Under the pieces are notes generated by a model, which made no database searches, was not told the origin of the DNA, and was given only the letters and a program-made list of their open reading frames with translations. From a cyanobacterium endosymbiont of Rhopalodia gibba (GTDB lineage: Bacteria > Cyanobacteriota > Cyanobacteriia > Cyanobacteriales > Microcystaceae), in NCBI GenBank assembly GCA_045159875.1, contig CP067995.1, positions 2,848,001 to 2,912,000 on the forward strand: DNA of 64,000 nucleotides. Direction: 5' to 3'. Position numbers and translations under genes: made by a program. This document shows, piece by piece, positions 1-12,034 of this stretch (position 1 is its first letter; the number at the start of each line of letters is the position of its first letter).

Positions 1-6
1 GAACGA

Positions 7-267
7 ATGATTTTGCTGTGTCAGGATGCTGTCCGTCAACAAGTCTCTCAAAATCGAATTGATCTAGGAGAAATTGTAGGGATTAGCATTGGAACCAGAC
101 AGAGTGTTGAATTTGGAGAATCGGTTAATATTTTTGATATTTCAGATAATCAAAAAAGGGGAGAAGGAAATCTCACATTGTTAAAAGGCTCAAAACAGTA
201 TCAGGTTAGTTATAAATGTACTGTTAACATTTGTCAGGGAATTATAACTGAAACTACGATACAATAA
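7..267 (+). CDS. hypothetical protein (possibly 5'-truncated by the window edge)
   Basis: 86-aa ORF at the window start; no recognised motif. Confidence 0.5.
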   Translation: MILLCQDAVRQQVSQNRIDLGEIVGISIGTRQSVEFGESVNIFDISDNQKRGEGNLTLLKGSKQYQVSYKCTVNICQGIITETTIQ

Positions 268-332
268 TTTAGAGCAAACCGAACTCTACAATTTTAATTT
301 TTATTCCACTTTAGTATAAATAAAAAAGGTTA

Positions 333-1406
333 ATGAGTAACTATAATTCCAGTCAAATTCAACAAATACGAGAATTAGGGGCTTATTTGTGCCAACAAAG
401 ATTGCATCGCTCCTTAACCATAGAGCAAATAGCGACAAGTACCTTCATTCACTTATCTATGCTAAAAGCTCTTGAACAAGGGCAGGTCAATGAATTACCC
501 GAACTCGTCTATGTGCGAGGCTTTGTGCGCCGTTATGGAGAAGTCTTAAATCTCGACGGACATAGCTTAGCTGATCGGCTTCTCCTCCAGCCAGTTGAAG
601 AATCTTCTTCTGAAATTTCCCCTGAATTCTCGATCCCCCTACTAGTTAAATCTTTGGGAGAAGGTTTGTCGTCCTTCTTAGGATGCACACAAACAACCGC
701 AAAAATACGAAAAAAATCGTCTTCTTTCCTAAAAAATTTAATATCCGTGACTGATGAAGAGTTATCGATTCCTCTCATTCCTTTGCCGTCTACACTCAAA
801 GTTTGTGGGTTTGTTTTCCTCTTAGTAGGAGCTGTAACGGGACTTTTTTATATATTCTCTGTTTTTGAATTTTCTTCCCAAAACAAAACTTCCGAAGTGG
901 GAAAATTCCTGTTAAAAGAGACTAAAAACCTAGCCAACCGAAAATCTCAAACTGCTTCCAATATCCTTGAACCTGTTTTCCCTAAGTCCAATATTACCCC
1001 GGCTGCCCAAAATGTAATTCAAAAGCCAGTAGACGATAGCAAGGAAAAACCATCAGTCTTTACTTCGGTAAATACGGACATAAGTGAGAATAGTGCTCCG
1101 AGTACTAGTAATGCTACTTCTGAATTACCCCAAAAGCTAATCCTTTCAAGCCTCAATTCAAATAGTCCTGTAGCTGTCTCTATTGTCCTGGAAGAGGATT
1201 CTTGGATGAGGATTAAGATAGACGGTAAAATTAAATATGAAGGGATTTTAGTAAAAGGCACTCAGCAAACCTGGACTGCCCAAAAAACTTTGATTATTCG
1301 GGCTGGTAATGCGGGAGCAGTCAACCTTGTCGTTAATGACCAGCCTAGCCGAAAGTTGGGAAATATTGGTGAAGTACAAGAAGTTACCCTAACTACTAAT
1401 AGTTGA
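333..1406 (+). CDS. rodZ: RodZ-like helix-turn-helix / DUF4115 membrane protein
   Basis: N-terminal HTH (LKALEQG..LPELVYVRGFVRRYG), one TM segment, C-terminal 'SWMRIKIDG...G.L..G....W.A...L.IRAGNAGAV' domain. Confidence 0.8.
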   Translation: MSNYNSSQIQQIRELGAYLCQQRLHRSLTIEQIATSTFIHLSMLKALEQGQVNELPELVYVRGFVRRYGEVLNLDGHSLADRLLLQPVEESSSEISPEFSIPLLVKSLGEGLSSFLGCTQTTAKIRKKSSSFLKNLISVTDEELSIPLIPLPSTLKVCGFVFLLVGAVTGLFYIFSVFEFSSQNKTSEVGKFLLKETKNLANRKSQTASNILEPVFPKSNITPAAQNVIQKPVDDSKEKPSVFTSVNTDISENSAPSTSNATSELPQKLILSSLNSNSPVAVSIVLEEDSWMRIKIDGKIKYEGILVKGTQQTWTAQKTLIIRAGNAGAVNLVVNDQPSRKLGNIGEVQEVTLTTNS

Positions 1407-1460
1407 ATATCAGTTTCTGCTGAGGATCAATCACCTCTGACCTCTACTCTATGATTTTTG

Positions 1461-1733
1461 TTAAACTCCTTCAAGGAAAGCCAAAGGATCAGCAATAGAG
1501 ATCGATGGGACTTCAAATTCGCCTTTAATAACAAATTCTAAACGTAACTTTAGCCAAGTAATAATCTCTCTGAATTCTAGAGCTTCTATAAAATCGGGTT
1601 GTTTAATCAACCAAAAATCAATTTTTTTATTTATCTCTTCAGAGAGAAGTGTTCTTTCGCTAAACACTTCATCAAGGGGCTCTTCTTCTACAAGAAAACG
1701 TTGGCTGGCTAAAACGTAATAGTAGGTTGTCAT
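1461..1733 (-). CDS. ycf54: Ycf54 (Mg-protoporphyrin IX monomethyl ester cyclase accessory protein) with an apparent internal in-frame deletion; possibly non-functional
   Basis: YYYVLASQRFLVEEEPL..DFWL.KQP.F and ITWLKLRLE motifs; only 90 aa, and the segment normally between them is missing. Confidence 0.85.
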   Translation of the reverse strand: MTTYYYVLASQRFLVEEEPLDEVFSERTLLSEEINKKIDFWLIKQPDFIEALEFREIITWLKLRLEFVIKGEFEVPSISIADPLAFLEGV

Positions 1734-1813
1734 TGGTCAGTGATTAATATCTAATTACTCAAGATCAATTGTTAATCATCAAAAAATTTTTTAGGTTAAG
1801 GATCATTAATAAT

Positions 1814-2536
1814 TTAGAATTTTCCTCTCATAGTTAGTTTCATTTCTCGGACTGCTCGTTCCATTCCTACTAACACGGCACGACTAACAATAGTATGACC
1901 GATATTCAATTCTTCTATCCCCGGTAAACAAGTGACAGGGTAAACATTCTGATAAGTTAAACCATGACCAGCATTTACTCGTAATCCCAAGTTTAATGCT
2001 TGTGTGCATCCTCGTCTTAAAAATTCTAACTCTTTTTGGCGTACTACATAGTTAGGAGCATCTGCATATTTACCCGTGTGGAGTTCAATAAATTGAGCTT
2101 GGGTGTCGGCTGATGCTTGAATCTGGGTTTCTTGTGCATCGATGAATAAACTTACTGGAATGTCTGCACTTTGCAAGCAGGTAACAATTTCTTTTAGACG
2201 ATAATAATTCCCTACAATGTCTAATCCTCCTTCGGTAGTTACTTCTTCTCGCTTTTCAGGAACTAAAGTCACGTAATCTGGTTTAATGTCGAGGGCAAGC
2301 ACAACCATTTCATCAGTGGCAGCCATTTCCAAATTTAAATGAGTGCGAACAGTTTTACGCAACAACCGCACATCTATATCTTGAATATGACGACGATCTT
2401 CCCTGAGATGGGTAGTAATACCATTTGCCCCTCCTAATTCTGCCAAGACAGCAGCAGCGATGGGATTAGGCTCCACCGTACGTCTGGCTTGGCGGATGGT
2501 GGCTACATGATCAATATTAACACCGAGAGTCAGCAA
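1814..2536 (-). CDS. pdxJ: pyridoxine 5'-phosphate synthase
   Basis: [39 protein letters not shown] motifs. Confidence 0.97.
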   Translation of the reverse strand: MLTLGVNIDHVATIRQARRTVEPNPIAAAVLAELGGANGITTHLREDRRHIQDIDVRLLRKTVRTHLNLEMAATDEMVVLALDIKPDYVTLVPEKREEVTTEGGLDIVGNYYRLKEIVTCLQSADIPVSLFIDAQETQIQASADTQAQFIELHTGKYADAPNYVVRQKELEFLRRGCTQALNLGLRVNAGHGLTYQNVYPVTCLPGIEELNIGHTIVSRAVLVGMERAVREMKLTMRGKF

Positions 2537-4182
2537 TTAATTTAACCTCGTTTTTTGAACTCATGTGTATCCTTGTATTCTAACATTCACTATTTTAACT
2601 CAAGTCTTTAAAAGTTTTTATTATTGTTTAATAAAACTATTAACTATTATTATAATAATAACCTAATTTATTTTAATTAACTATTTTAAATAGGTTAAGA
2701 AGGTTTAAATCTTAATCCAAGAAAGAATTGATAAGGTTCCAGGTGCATCGTTTTTTATAAAAATGGATTTCCGAAATTAGATTCTAATCTAAACTTCATA
2801 AAAGTACTTGATATAAATTACTTTTTATACAAAGATTTTTCTAGTTTTTTATAAAAAAAGCACCAGAAAAATATTATCTCCTAATTACTTTAAAATTACC
2901 TAAATTTTTAGTGTATAAAAATACACTACTAATATAGTCAGCAACTAATTAAAATATCTCTTGTAATTTCTTTTACTTGTAATTTTTTTTAAGTTTATAT
3001 ACAAATATTTTTATTTTTTAGATATTTCCTCTAGGTATTCCTATTTTAAGATAATTTATATAAAAATTTAGATAAGTAAAAGTTACATAACGATTGAGTT
3101 TTTTTATAAACATCAATATAAGGGTGTGATTGGACAGACTTTTTATCTTGGGTTAAAAAATTAACTATTGCTTAGATAAAATTTATTTGTTTCTATTTTT
3201 GAGAATTAAAATGCTACTACTCATCTCTCACCATTTAATTCTGTTTAAAAGCAAATTTTAGAATATCTAGTTCATGTTTAATGAATATAATTTGGTTAAT
3301 TTTATAATTTTTAGCTTTTTTAAAAAGAGCGCTACTATTGAAGTAGTAATAAAATCCTATATTTAACGAATACTGAAATTTTTTCTAAACTTTTAATTGT
3401 CATCAAAACTTATGTATGATTTTTTTAAAACTATTTACATTATTTTAAAAAAATTTTCTCTTAAAAGATGTTTTATTCTAGATTTTATTGATTAGCTTTT
3501 TTGTTAGTTTTATAAACTATTTCTTGAATAAACTTATGAGCTCTAACAATTAAATTCTATCACTTCATTAATCAAAATCAACTTATTTATCTATTTATTT
3601 AAATTGAGCTTACTATATTTCATGATGGTTGAGATAATTTATAAACATAGGAGACATTTATAATATTGCAATAAATATAGAATATATCTATTCAAATAGA
3701 GATCTACTAGCTTTTATTTTTACTTCTCTTTAAATTTTATCTTTAATAAATCTATTTTAAAATTAGGATTATTGATGTTAATATATTTTAAATATATTCT
3801 TAGTCCACATATATTATTCCAAAATAAAACTAATTTTTGATGGCTTTACAATAAAACAGATGACCTGGTTAGCTTTAAGTATAATTGCATATTTACCGGT
3901 ATTTTATATTTATTTAAATATCTAAAATAGTTTTCTTTGTAAACAAGAAATTATCCCAAACTTTCTTAGGATAAGCTTTGTTAGATTGTGCATATTTTTG
4001 TCTAAGTAATTTTAACAAAAATATCGTTTTCTCTCTATTTTTAATTGAATAGCTGATAAGAAGAGCAAATTATTATAGTTTTATAACTAGATCGCTATAT
4101 ATTAATTTTTCCAGGAATTATCCTCGATTAATTATCAAATTTTGTTTTCAGTGGAAATTTTTTTGGAATACGGCTAAAAATT

Positions 4183-4917
4183 TTAACAAATTTTCCCATC
4201 CCGAAACCAAATCGTTTGTTGACAGTGACGGGCAACTTCTGACTCATGAGTTACAATTACTAGAGTAATACCAGTATCACTAAGTTCTTGAAAAATACCT
4301 AGGATTTCTTGAGTCATTTGGGAATCGAGAGCCCCTGTAGGTTCATCGGCCAGAAGTAACAAAGGATTATTGACAATAGCGCGGGCTATTGCCACCCGTT
4401 GTTGTTGTCCACCCGAGAGTTGATTAGGCTTATTATGAAGACGATTCCCTAATCCCACTTTTTCTAAGGCAGTAGCAGCACGCTCACGTCGCTTTTGAGT
4501 TGTGACTCCCGCATAAACCATCGGTAAGATGACATTTTCTAATGCTGTCATCTGCGGTAGTAGGTGAAATTGCTGAAAAACAAAACCAATTTTGCCATTA
4601 CGAATGGCAGCTAATTGTGTTTCTTCGAGTCTCGACACATTCGTATTGTCAAGGTAATAAGAACCTGAAGTAGGACGATCAAGACAACCGACAATATTCA
4701 TTAAGGTCGATTTTCCTGAGCCCGACGCCCCCATGATAGCATAAGATTTTCCTTTTTCTATAGTTAGACTAACGTTTTTGAGAGCATGGACAGTGGTATC
4801 GCCACTACCATAAATTTTAGAAATCTTTTCTAAGCGAATAATGATGGAGTGATATTCGTTAATTTTATTAAAAAAATTCAAGGTGTCTTGGGTAAATGCT
4901 AGACTGTCAGAGGACAT
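4183..4917 (-). CDS. ABC transporter ATP-binding protein (LolD/MacB-type)
   Basis: Walker A GASGSGKS, signature [14 protein letters not shown], Walker [14 protein letters not shown]-loop VTHE. Confidence 0.93.
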   Translation of the reverse strand: MSSDSLAFTQDTLNFFNKINEYHSIIIRLEKISKIYGSGDTTVHALKNVSLTIEKGKSYAIMGASGSGKSTLMNIVGCLDRPTSGSYYLDNTNVSRLEETQLAAIRNGKIGFVFQQFHLLPQMTALENVILPMVYAGVTTQKRRERAATALEKVGLGNRLHNKPNQLSGGQQQRVAIARAIVNNPLLLLADEPTGALDSQMTQEILGIFQELSDTGITLVIVTHESEVARHCQQTIWFRDGKIC

Positions 4918-5039
4918 TGTGAAGTAAGCGTCAATCTAACTGATTGTTTATCTTGTATTATGACGTACATTACAGAACTTAGACACTTCTTAATAGAATG
5001 GTTGATAATCGCCGTTCTTAGATAGTTTCCATTGAGTCA

Positions 5040-5345
5040 AAATTTTTCACTGATCCAGTGTGTTAGTTAGAGATTTTTTTGATGACTTGTTTTGCACCAA
5101 TTAACAGTTAAATAACTACTTGTCTAATACTAGATCTTTCAGTGGGTCAGTTCATAGGTTTAACTTCTGCTATTAGCACAGCATCTTTAATCTAGGATAG
5201 CCAAAACTTTTCTCCTAATTCATATCGTGCTTAAATTAAGTCCTTGAATGAAGGGAACACGCCGCTAGATTATATCAGTCTAGGAGCCCCTAAATTTCCA
5301 TATTTAGCCGAGTATTCAACCTCTAGCTATAAAAAAAGTTTTCAT
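5040..5345 (-). pseudogene. degraded conserved cyanobacterial hypothetical protein
   Basis: minus strand reads MKTFFIARG*ILG*IWKF..., then DAVLIAEVKP and SIRQVVI with stops and frameshifts. Confidence 0.5.
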
Positions 5346-5399
5346 GATTTTACTTTCAATAGCCATTAGGATAGTAGAAATAATTAATTCATAACCTGA

Positions 5400-6524
5400 T
5401 TGTTCTCGATGACAATTAAACGCTTAGCTAATTTTCAATCGTTTGTTTCCCAATCGTCTACTCCTCAATCATCCTCTAGACAGAAGAAATATTCCCCGTC
5501 TTCTGCAATCGTATTATCAGGAAGAGCTACACCCCCAGAAAAGCAAAAGATAGATGAGACCCTTCGTCCTAGTTGCTTAGCTGATTATATTGGACAAAAA
5601 GGACTTAAAAATATTTTGTCTATTGCCATAGAAGCCGCCAAAACTAGACAAGATTCTCTCGAACACTTACTCTTGTACGGACCTCCTGGACTAGGTAAAA
5701 CCACTATTTCTTTAATTATAGCGACGGAAATGGGAGTTAACTGTACAATTACAGCTGCTCCTGCTTTAGAGCGTCCTAGAAATATTACAGGACTACTAGT
5801 TAATCTTAAGCAGGGCGACATTCTCTTTGTTGATGAAATTCACCGTCTAAACCGATTGACTGAAGAATTACTTTACCCAGCAATGGAGGATTATCGTCTT
5901 GACATTACCCTTGGTAAAGGACAATCTGCTAGAACTCGTACTATTTCCTTGCCTAAGTTTACCTTGATCGGAGCAACGACTAAGATCGGAGAGTTAACCT
6001 CTCCCTTACGCGATCGCTTCGGGCTCATTCAACGATTACAATTTTACAAAATTGATGAATTAACATTGATTGTATTACGAACTGCTAAAATTCTGAAGAC
6101 GGAAATTACTAAAGATGGAGCAGCAGAAATAGCTCATCGTTCACGGGGAACCCCTAGAATTGCTAATCGTTTATTACGGCGAGTGAGAGACTATATACAA
6201 GTTAAAAAACTCGATTGTATTAGTAAAAAATTAGCAGCCGAAGCCTTGGATATTTATCAAGTGGATATTCAAGGACTTGATTCGACGGATCGCCTAATCT
6301 TAGAAACTATGATTAAGCAATTTCAAGGAGGACCCATTGGGCTAGAAGCGATCGCGGCTGCTACGGGAGAAGATGCAAAAACTATTGAAGAAGTTTATGA
6401 ACCCTATTTATTACAAATTGGTTATCTTCGTCGTACACCTAGAGGAAGAGTCGTTACTAACCAAGCTTATCAACATTTAGAGCAAATAACTGAGGGACAG
6501 TTATCTACTATTTTTAATAGATAG
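5400..6524 (+). CDS. ruvB: Holliday junction branch migration helicase RuvB
   Basis: [48 protein letters not shown]...RTPRGR. Confidence 0.97.
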   Translation: MFSMTIKRLANFQSFVSQSSTPQSSSRQKKYSPSSAIVLSGRATPPEKQKIDETLRPSCLADYIGQKGLKNILSIAIEAAKTRQDSLEHLLLYGPPGLGKTTISLIIATEMGVNCTITAAPALERPRNITGLLVNLKQGDILFVDEIHRLNRLTEELLYPAMEDYRLDITLGKGQSARTRTISLPKFTLIGATTKIGELTSPLRDRFGLIQRLQFYKIDELTLIVLRTAKILKTEITKDGAAEIAHRSRGTPRIANRLLRRVRDYIQVKKLDCISKKLAAEALDIYQVDIQGLDSTDRLILETMIKQFQGGPIGLEAIAAATGEDAKTIEEVYEPYLLQIGYLRRTPRGRVVTNQAYQHLEQITEGQLSTIFNR

Positions 6525-6728
6525 TTAATTAAGAGTTCGAAATTAATTGACTGGGCTAGACTAGCCATGACAAAATCACAATATAAAAGACTAAAAATCT
6601 TTCTCTAAAAGTCGCGAATAACTTCTTTCAAAAGAACCAGTCAGAGTTCGATTTAATCACTCAAAAAATAATCTCTCCGAAGAGAGACTTGATTCTAAGC
6701 TTAATAGCTAATTTTTGACCTAATGACT

Positions 6729-7541
6729 TTAACCGGTTACTTGTTGGACTAAAGCAATAACGTCACTACGGCTTAATTTTTTTTTGCCTAAAGCCATCAC
6801 TTCTAGAGTTCCATAGGCCAATGCCAAAGGAATTTTACAAAAATCCAAAGCCGGTCCTGGAGGCAAAGACTTAGTGTAGTAATCAGCTAACGTAAGGTTA
6901 CGACGAGCATATTGATGAATATCTTGTTCTAGCCATCCCTGGGGCAGGAAATTGACTCCCCGTTTCAGATCTTCGCGATGATTACGGACAATATTAACCG
7001 CTTGTAACCCTCGACCAAATCCAATAGCATGAGTTCGGTTAGTTTGAGTCCCATCGTACCAGGCCCACAAGTCAGACAAAAGTAACCCTACTGCCCCAGC
7101 CACACTAAAGGTATATTGATCTAAGTTAGCTTCAGTATTGATTGTCCAGTTATTTTCAGCCCAATAGGCCATACGATCAGCCATTGCTGCTGTAGCATCC
7201 CAAACACGAGGAGCAATGGAGTTAGGAGCCAACAAAGCCCATTCTCCTACCCGCAAAGTTACATCTGGCAAAATAGCATTGTAAGACATTAATCCGACTG
7301 AAAAATTATCAATCCTAGTGTTTTCTGTCCCTGACTGTAAATCGAGACTCATACGGCGTAAGAGTTTAGCTTTGGTAAAATTATCAAGTTGAGGATGATC
7401 TTCTACTTCATCAATAGCCCGCATACATAAATAAGCAGAGGAGACAGCCTCCTGTAACCCATCTGGAAGACGGCTAATGGGAATGTAAAATGTTCTACTC
7501 GTTTCCTTGAGAAATTTTAAGGCATTATTTCGTAAAGTCAT
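6729..7541 (-). CDS. sqs: squalene synthase (phytoene/squalene synthase family)
   Basis: ETSRTFYIPI, AYLCMRAIDEVED, YTFSVAGAVG, GRGLQAVNI.R; length and motifs match cyanobacterial squalene synthase. Confidence 0.85.
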   Translation of the reverse strand: MTLRNNALKFLKETSRTFYIPISRLPDGLQEAVSSAYLCMRAIDEVEDHPQLDNFTKAKLLRRMSLDLQSGTENTRIDNFSVGLMSYNAILPDVTLRVGEWALLAPNSIAPRVWDATAAMADRMAYWAENNWTINTEANLDQYTFSVAGAVGLLLSDLWAWYDGTQTNRTHAIGFGRGLQAVNIVRNHREDLKRGVNFLPQGWLEQDIHQYARRNLTLADYYTKSLPPGPALDFCKIPLALAYGTLEVMALGKKKLSRSDVIALVQQVTG

Positions 7542-7817
7542 TTATTTAACTCCTCACACCAATTTAGGCAATAGCATAGACTTACTTATCTGAAGATATC
7601 TAACTAAACTATTATGAAGTTCCTGACTAAAGGAAAATTTACTATCTAATATGTTAGATATTAAAGACGATGTCCATTGTATTACGCTTAAGTAAAATTT
7701 GCTTTAATTAGATAGTTTCATCAGATTAAGTACATTCTGATTAAGTAAACGACAGCTCTCTATCCTCAATAAAATAAAAAGTTAACAAGTTCTAAAGATT
7801 CAGTTGTGACTCACGAT

Positions 7818-8213
7818 ATGAATAAGTCTCAACCAAGACAAGATCAACTATTGAGTGGTTCTCGGTATTAGAACTGTCTCTCTACCAAATCAAGATCTAA
7901 CCGAGATTTCTGTGGGGCTTTATCTCCTCGGCATTGCAAAAATTAGTGAAGTTGAGCATGGTTTCATCGTTGATTTTTATTTAGGATCGCAATAATACAA
8001 CCAGCGACCACCATGATTAAACTAGCATTTTGGTCAGATTCTTGCCAAGTGATTCTCAAAATTATTCTAGCTACAGCTACTATGATCAGCTTGAATACCT
8101 ATCTAATTGATGCTGTTTCAAGAGTTATCCTGTGCGGACAGTTTAACCGCAGAGAACAAGGATTATTCTCAAGATTTATTAGTTTTTGTTGCTTTGGGAG
8201 AGTTAGTAATTAA
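7818..8213 (+). pseudogene. remnant resembling a prokaryotic pentameric ligand-gated ion channel
   Basis: reads ...TEISVGLYLLGIAKISEVEHGFIVDFYLG..*...RP, like the pLGIC beta1-beta2 region; stops, frameshifts, heavily shortened. Confidence 0.4.
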
Positions 8214-9780
8214 CATTAATACCTGAAAGTTATCAGCTGGTAGTTTTAAGTTTTACTATTATACAATAGTAATTTTGGCTTAAATCAGTAAGATATAGAT
8301 TCTATGGCGATTTTTATTTAGATAGATAAAAGTGAAGAAACAAGGAAAATATTAGTTATATTAAAAATATATATATATGCTCCACAAATATTCCTACTAA
8401 AATAATAAAAATTAACAGTAAAGCCAATTAATAAACTTAGCAAAAACTACTTAATTTTGTTAAATAATTCTTAAAAAAAATAAAGCTACTACTTTTTATC
8501 TAAATATTTGCCTACCCAAAAGATGGGGCTTAAAAGCAAGATCTTGCTCGATAAAATTAGATACCAAAACTAAAATAAACTAAAAAATATATTTCATATA
8601 TTTAAAGTTTACATAAATATATTTAAAACTTTTAGAATTAGTTTGTATTGACCAAACTAGAGTTTATCTAACCATGATTCGTCACCTTCGCAGAAGAACT
8701 CAAAGAAAACAAGCTTATGGAATCTACAATAATGGTAAAAGTCGTATTTTTATTCCCTTATTCTCATAATTTTTAATAGATTAAAAATAGTTGATTAAAA
8801 ATTAAATAATTTTTACAATCTCAAGAATACCAAAATTATACAAAACTCAATCAATCTCATAATTTAGTAATTAATGAGAATATAGTCGGACAGTTTATAG
8901 CACTGCTATTATTATGAGCTATATAATTGAAAACTACTACTAACAAATTATATGGTACTGAGTATTTTCAGCACTAAACTCGGTATGTTACAAATTTTTT
9001 TTCAGAAAATGGAACAAGTAATTTTCTTTACTGTGATTCAAACAGAGCCATGCACCATTATATAAAAATTCTTAAAAAATTAATTACAATCTCTCTACAT
9101 AGAAATTTTAGATATTTAGAAACTCTTCTTTTGAAGAGGAGCTAATATGCTCACATTCATTGTTACCATCAAACTAAGTAAAAAATTACTATGAATGTGA
9201 CCATAAATTAAGCAGAACTGTTACTAGAGGGGAATAAGGAAACTCGTGTAATAAAAGACATTCTAGAAATCAGAATAACTCTAACTTTTTAGAGCTCAGC
9301 TATTTCAGATAAATCTAATAGTTTTACTCCGAAAAAGCTTAAAATATAAGAAAGGATAGGTTGAAAATCTAAAGATAATGAAATGTCTAACATGGTTTAA
9401 AGTATCTCCAATCAATTCTATTTTGTAAGATACTAATCAGCTTTTCTAAACTATTTGACATAAGCTCAAAATTGATTCCAGTTATATATAAAAGTTTCTC
9501 TGTTAAAACAACAGAATAATAGCTGAACATCTCATCATTTACCTTATATAGAAGAGCTCAAAGTATAATCATTTTAAAAATTTTTTTTTGACTCTATATC
9601 TTTGAGAGTTTTCTCTTTATATTTTGGATTTTCTAAAGAACTAAAAATTTTTTTAATATCTTTGGTATTTAGATTTTTTACTTTCTCACTTAGATTTAAC
9701 TCTAGCCTTGTTAACTCATTTTAATATGTTTATATTGTAAATAACTTTTCACCTTATAAACAGACAATTTTTACCTAATG

Positions 9781-10653
9781 TTATTTAACCAAAGGAAATC
9801 CTAATTCATCTCGTTGTTGTAAATATAATTGAGCAATTTCTCTGGCTAAATTGCGAATACGTCCAATATAACGAGTTCTCTCGGCTACTGCGATAACTCC
9901 TCGTGCATCCAACAAATTAAAGCTATGGGAACATTTCAGAATATAATCTAAACTCGGTAACACTAACCCTCGTTTAAGGAGTTGTTTAGCTTCCTGTTCG
10001 TATAGTTCAAATAGTTTAAACAATAATTCGGGATCAGAGGCTTTAAAATTATAGGTACACTGTTCTACCTCACCTTTTAGAAAAATATCACCATAATTCA
10101 CCTGATCGTTCCACTGAATTTTGGTAATGGCTTCTACATTTTGGAGATACATAGCTAACCGTTCCAACCCATAAGTAATCTCGATAGAAACGGGACGACA
10201 ATCAATCCCCCCACATTGTTGAAAATAGGTAAACTGAGTGATTTCCATGCCATCTAACCAAACTTCCCAACCCACACCCCAAGCTCCTAGAGTAGGAGAC
10301 TCCCAATCATCCTCGACAAAACGAATATCATGATCTCCAGGATGAATTCCTAACTTTCTTAGAGAGTCAAGATAAGTTTCTTGAATATTATTAGGAGAGG
10401 GTTTAATAAGTACCTGATATTGAAAATAGTGCTGAAAGCGATTAGGGTTTTCTCCATAGCGGCCATCTGTTGGCCGACGACAGGGTTCTACATAGGCTAC
10501 TGCCCAAGGTTCAGGTCCAATTGCCCGCAAGAAAGTATGAGGACTCATAGTTCCTGCTCCTTTCTCTGTGTCGTAGGGTTGAATGATCAAGCACCCACAA
10601 TCGCTCCAAAACTCATGTAATTTAGTAATGATTCCCTGAAAATTAATCGACAC
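9781..10653 (-). CDS. glyQ: glycine--tRNA ligase alpha subunit
   Basis: [55 protein letters not shown]. Confidence 0.98.
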   Translation of the reverse strand: MSINFQGIITKLHEFWSDCGCLIIQPYDTEKGAGTMSPHTFLRAIGPEPWAVAYVEPCRRPTDGRYGENPNRFQHYFQYQVLIKPSPNNIQETYLDSLRKLGIHPGDHDIRFVEDDWESPTLGAWGVGWEVWLDGMEITQFTYFQQCGGIDCRPVSIEITYGLERLAMYLQNVEAITKIQWNDQVNYGDIFLKGEVEQCTYNFKASDPELLFKLFELYEQEAKQLLKRGLVLPSLDYILKCSHSFNLLDARGVIAVAERTRYIGRIRNLAREIAQLYLQQRDELGFPLVK

Positions 10654-10907
10654 TTAATACCCTCACGTCTCAAAACAAATCTCAATAAACTGTCCAACGT
10701 CCATTCTGACACTCTGACCATTACATTTTCAAGGGTTATCTTGATCTATCTGAACTAGAATTTGCGGAGGAAAGTGTTTAAGCAAGGATGGAAAACTTAA
10801 AATGGATAATGATTTTTGCTTTTTTCTTAAAATATCAGTTTACTAAACAATGAAAAACCCGCCTCAGTCATCAGTCTGAAGAACACTGAGACTAACATGG
10901 ACACTAG

Positions 10908-11180
10908 TAAGTAGGTAGACTTAAATTTAAATAAGTACAAAATAGAAAAGCACTTTTCTATTTTGTACTCACTAAATAAATGTTAGTCTACTTGAAAATT
11001 TAGCTAGTAGAATTAGAAGGGCAAAAACTATCTCCAGAATGAGAATAGAAACAGAAATATTATGTTTACCTGCAACAGGATGGAAAATTTTAGAAATTGC
11101 AGACTGGCTGAAAATTTTTAGAATATAATTAGGAAAACAATTTTCAAATAGATCCTACAAGGAACAGAATGATTGTACAA
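10908..11180 (+). mobile_element. IS630-family remnant (left end plus N-terminal HTH)
   Basis: starts TAAGTAGGTAG; reads EILCLPATGWKILEIADWLK; aligns by eye to the copy at 20111 (aaatttagcta...aattagaag.g.aaaaact; cagaat.agaa.a.aaacagaaat.ttatgttta). Confidence 0.7.
10934..10969. repeat. perfect inverted repeat, 17-bp arms, 2-nt spacer
   Basis: agtacaaaatagaaaag-ca-cttttctattttgtact. Confidence 0.95.
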
Positions 11181-11289
11181 TTTTTCGAGCTACCGTTTGT
11201 CTGAGAACTTGTTATTAAGATTTTTGTCTCTCCATTGAGAATCATATTGCTATTAAGAGAAAATAGACATATTAAGTGGTAGAGTGATC

Positions 11290-11690
11290 TCCCTGATAAC
11301 TATTTCTACAACATACACTCAAAGCATAAATTATGTATTTTTTGATCTAAGCTAATCGCTTCTTGATGTTTTGCTTTAATATCTGCTGTGGAGACATTAC
11401 TTTGGACAATTTGCCGTGAATACCGGCTGGTTACTTGTATTTTTTCCCATAATTTCTCTATTTAAGGACGATATCTTTAACAAATAGAATTGAGTTTGTT
11501 GATTTGCTCATTGCTGAGGTTAAGTTATTCCATTAATTTTTTTTGCCTCTTTTGGACTCGTCTTCCCAAGTTACTACATCTTCGGGCATGCTGTTGATGT
11601 TGACACTTAGAAATAAAACAATCCTGTTGTGGAAAATATTCTGCAAAAACGATGGCACGATGTAACAGAAGGGTGAACAAAGTTATTAGT
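11290..11690 (-). pseudogene. Spy/CpxP-family periplasmic chaperone pseudogene
   Basis: reads KKLME*LNLSNEQINKL...ADIKAKHQEAISLDQKIHNLCFECML*; lies downstream of the ECF sigma remnant. Confidence 0.7.
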
Positions 11691-11739
11691 CGCTTCAGGA
11701 AGTTAATACTGAGATATTAGGTTTCAGGATTTACTAACA

Positions 11740-12030
11740 ACAATCAATTAAAATACAATAGCTTATAAGAGTTTTCACCTAATGTCTTTCCTCGGGGGTT
11801 TGCAAATTTTCCAGCATAAAAGTTTACAGTTCGATTATATTTCTCCTATTTCTTAGAAGAGTTGTAACCAATGATAATTCTTACTAAGAGCTGCTAGTGA
11901 CCACTGCCCCAGGAATAAGCGAAACATCAAGTTAGATTTTCTAACCTTTAAGTACAAATTATGTAGATTAATTAACTTGCAAAAGAGAGTTTTTTAGGAT
12001 AGGCAAGAAACGGTACTTTTTAATAAATTA
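11740..12030 (-). pseudogene. small membrane protein (putative anti-sigma) pseudogene between the ECF sigma and Spy genes
   Basis: fragments LIPGAVVTS and IEL*TFMLENL; position within the three-gene operon. Confidence 0.5.
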
Positions 12031-12034
12031 GATA

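Noticed and set aside
2600..4150. Short AT-only palindromes and possible ORFs in the AT-rich gap
   Set aside because: Expected by chance at this base composition; no readable protein remnant.
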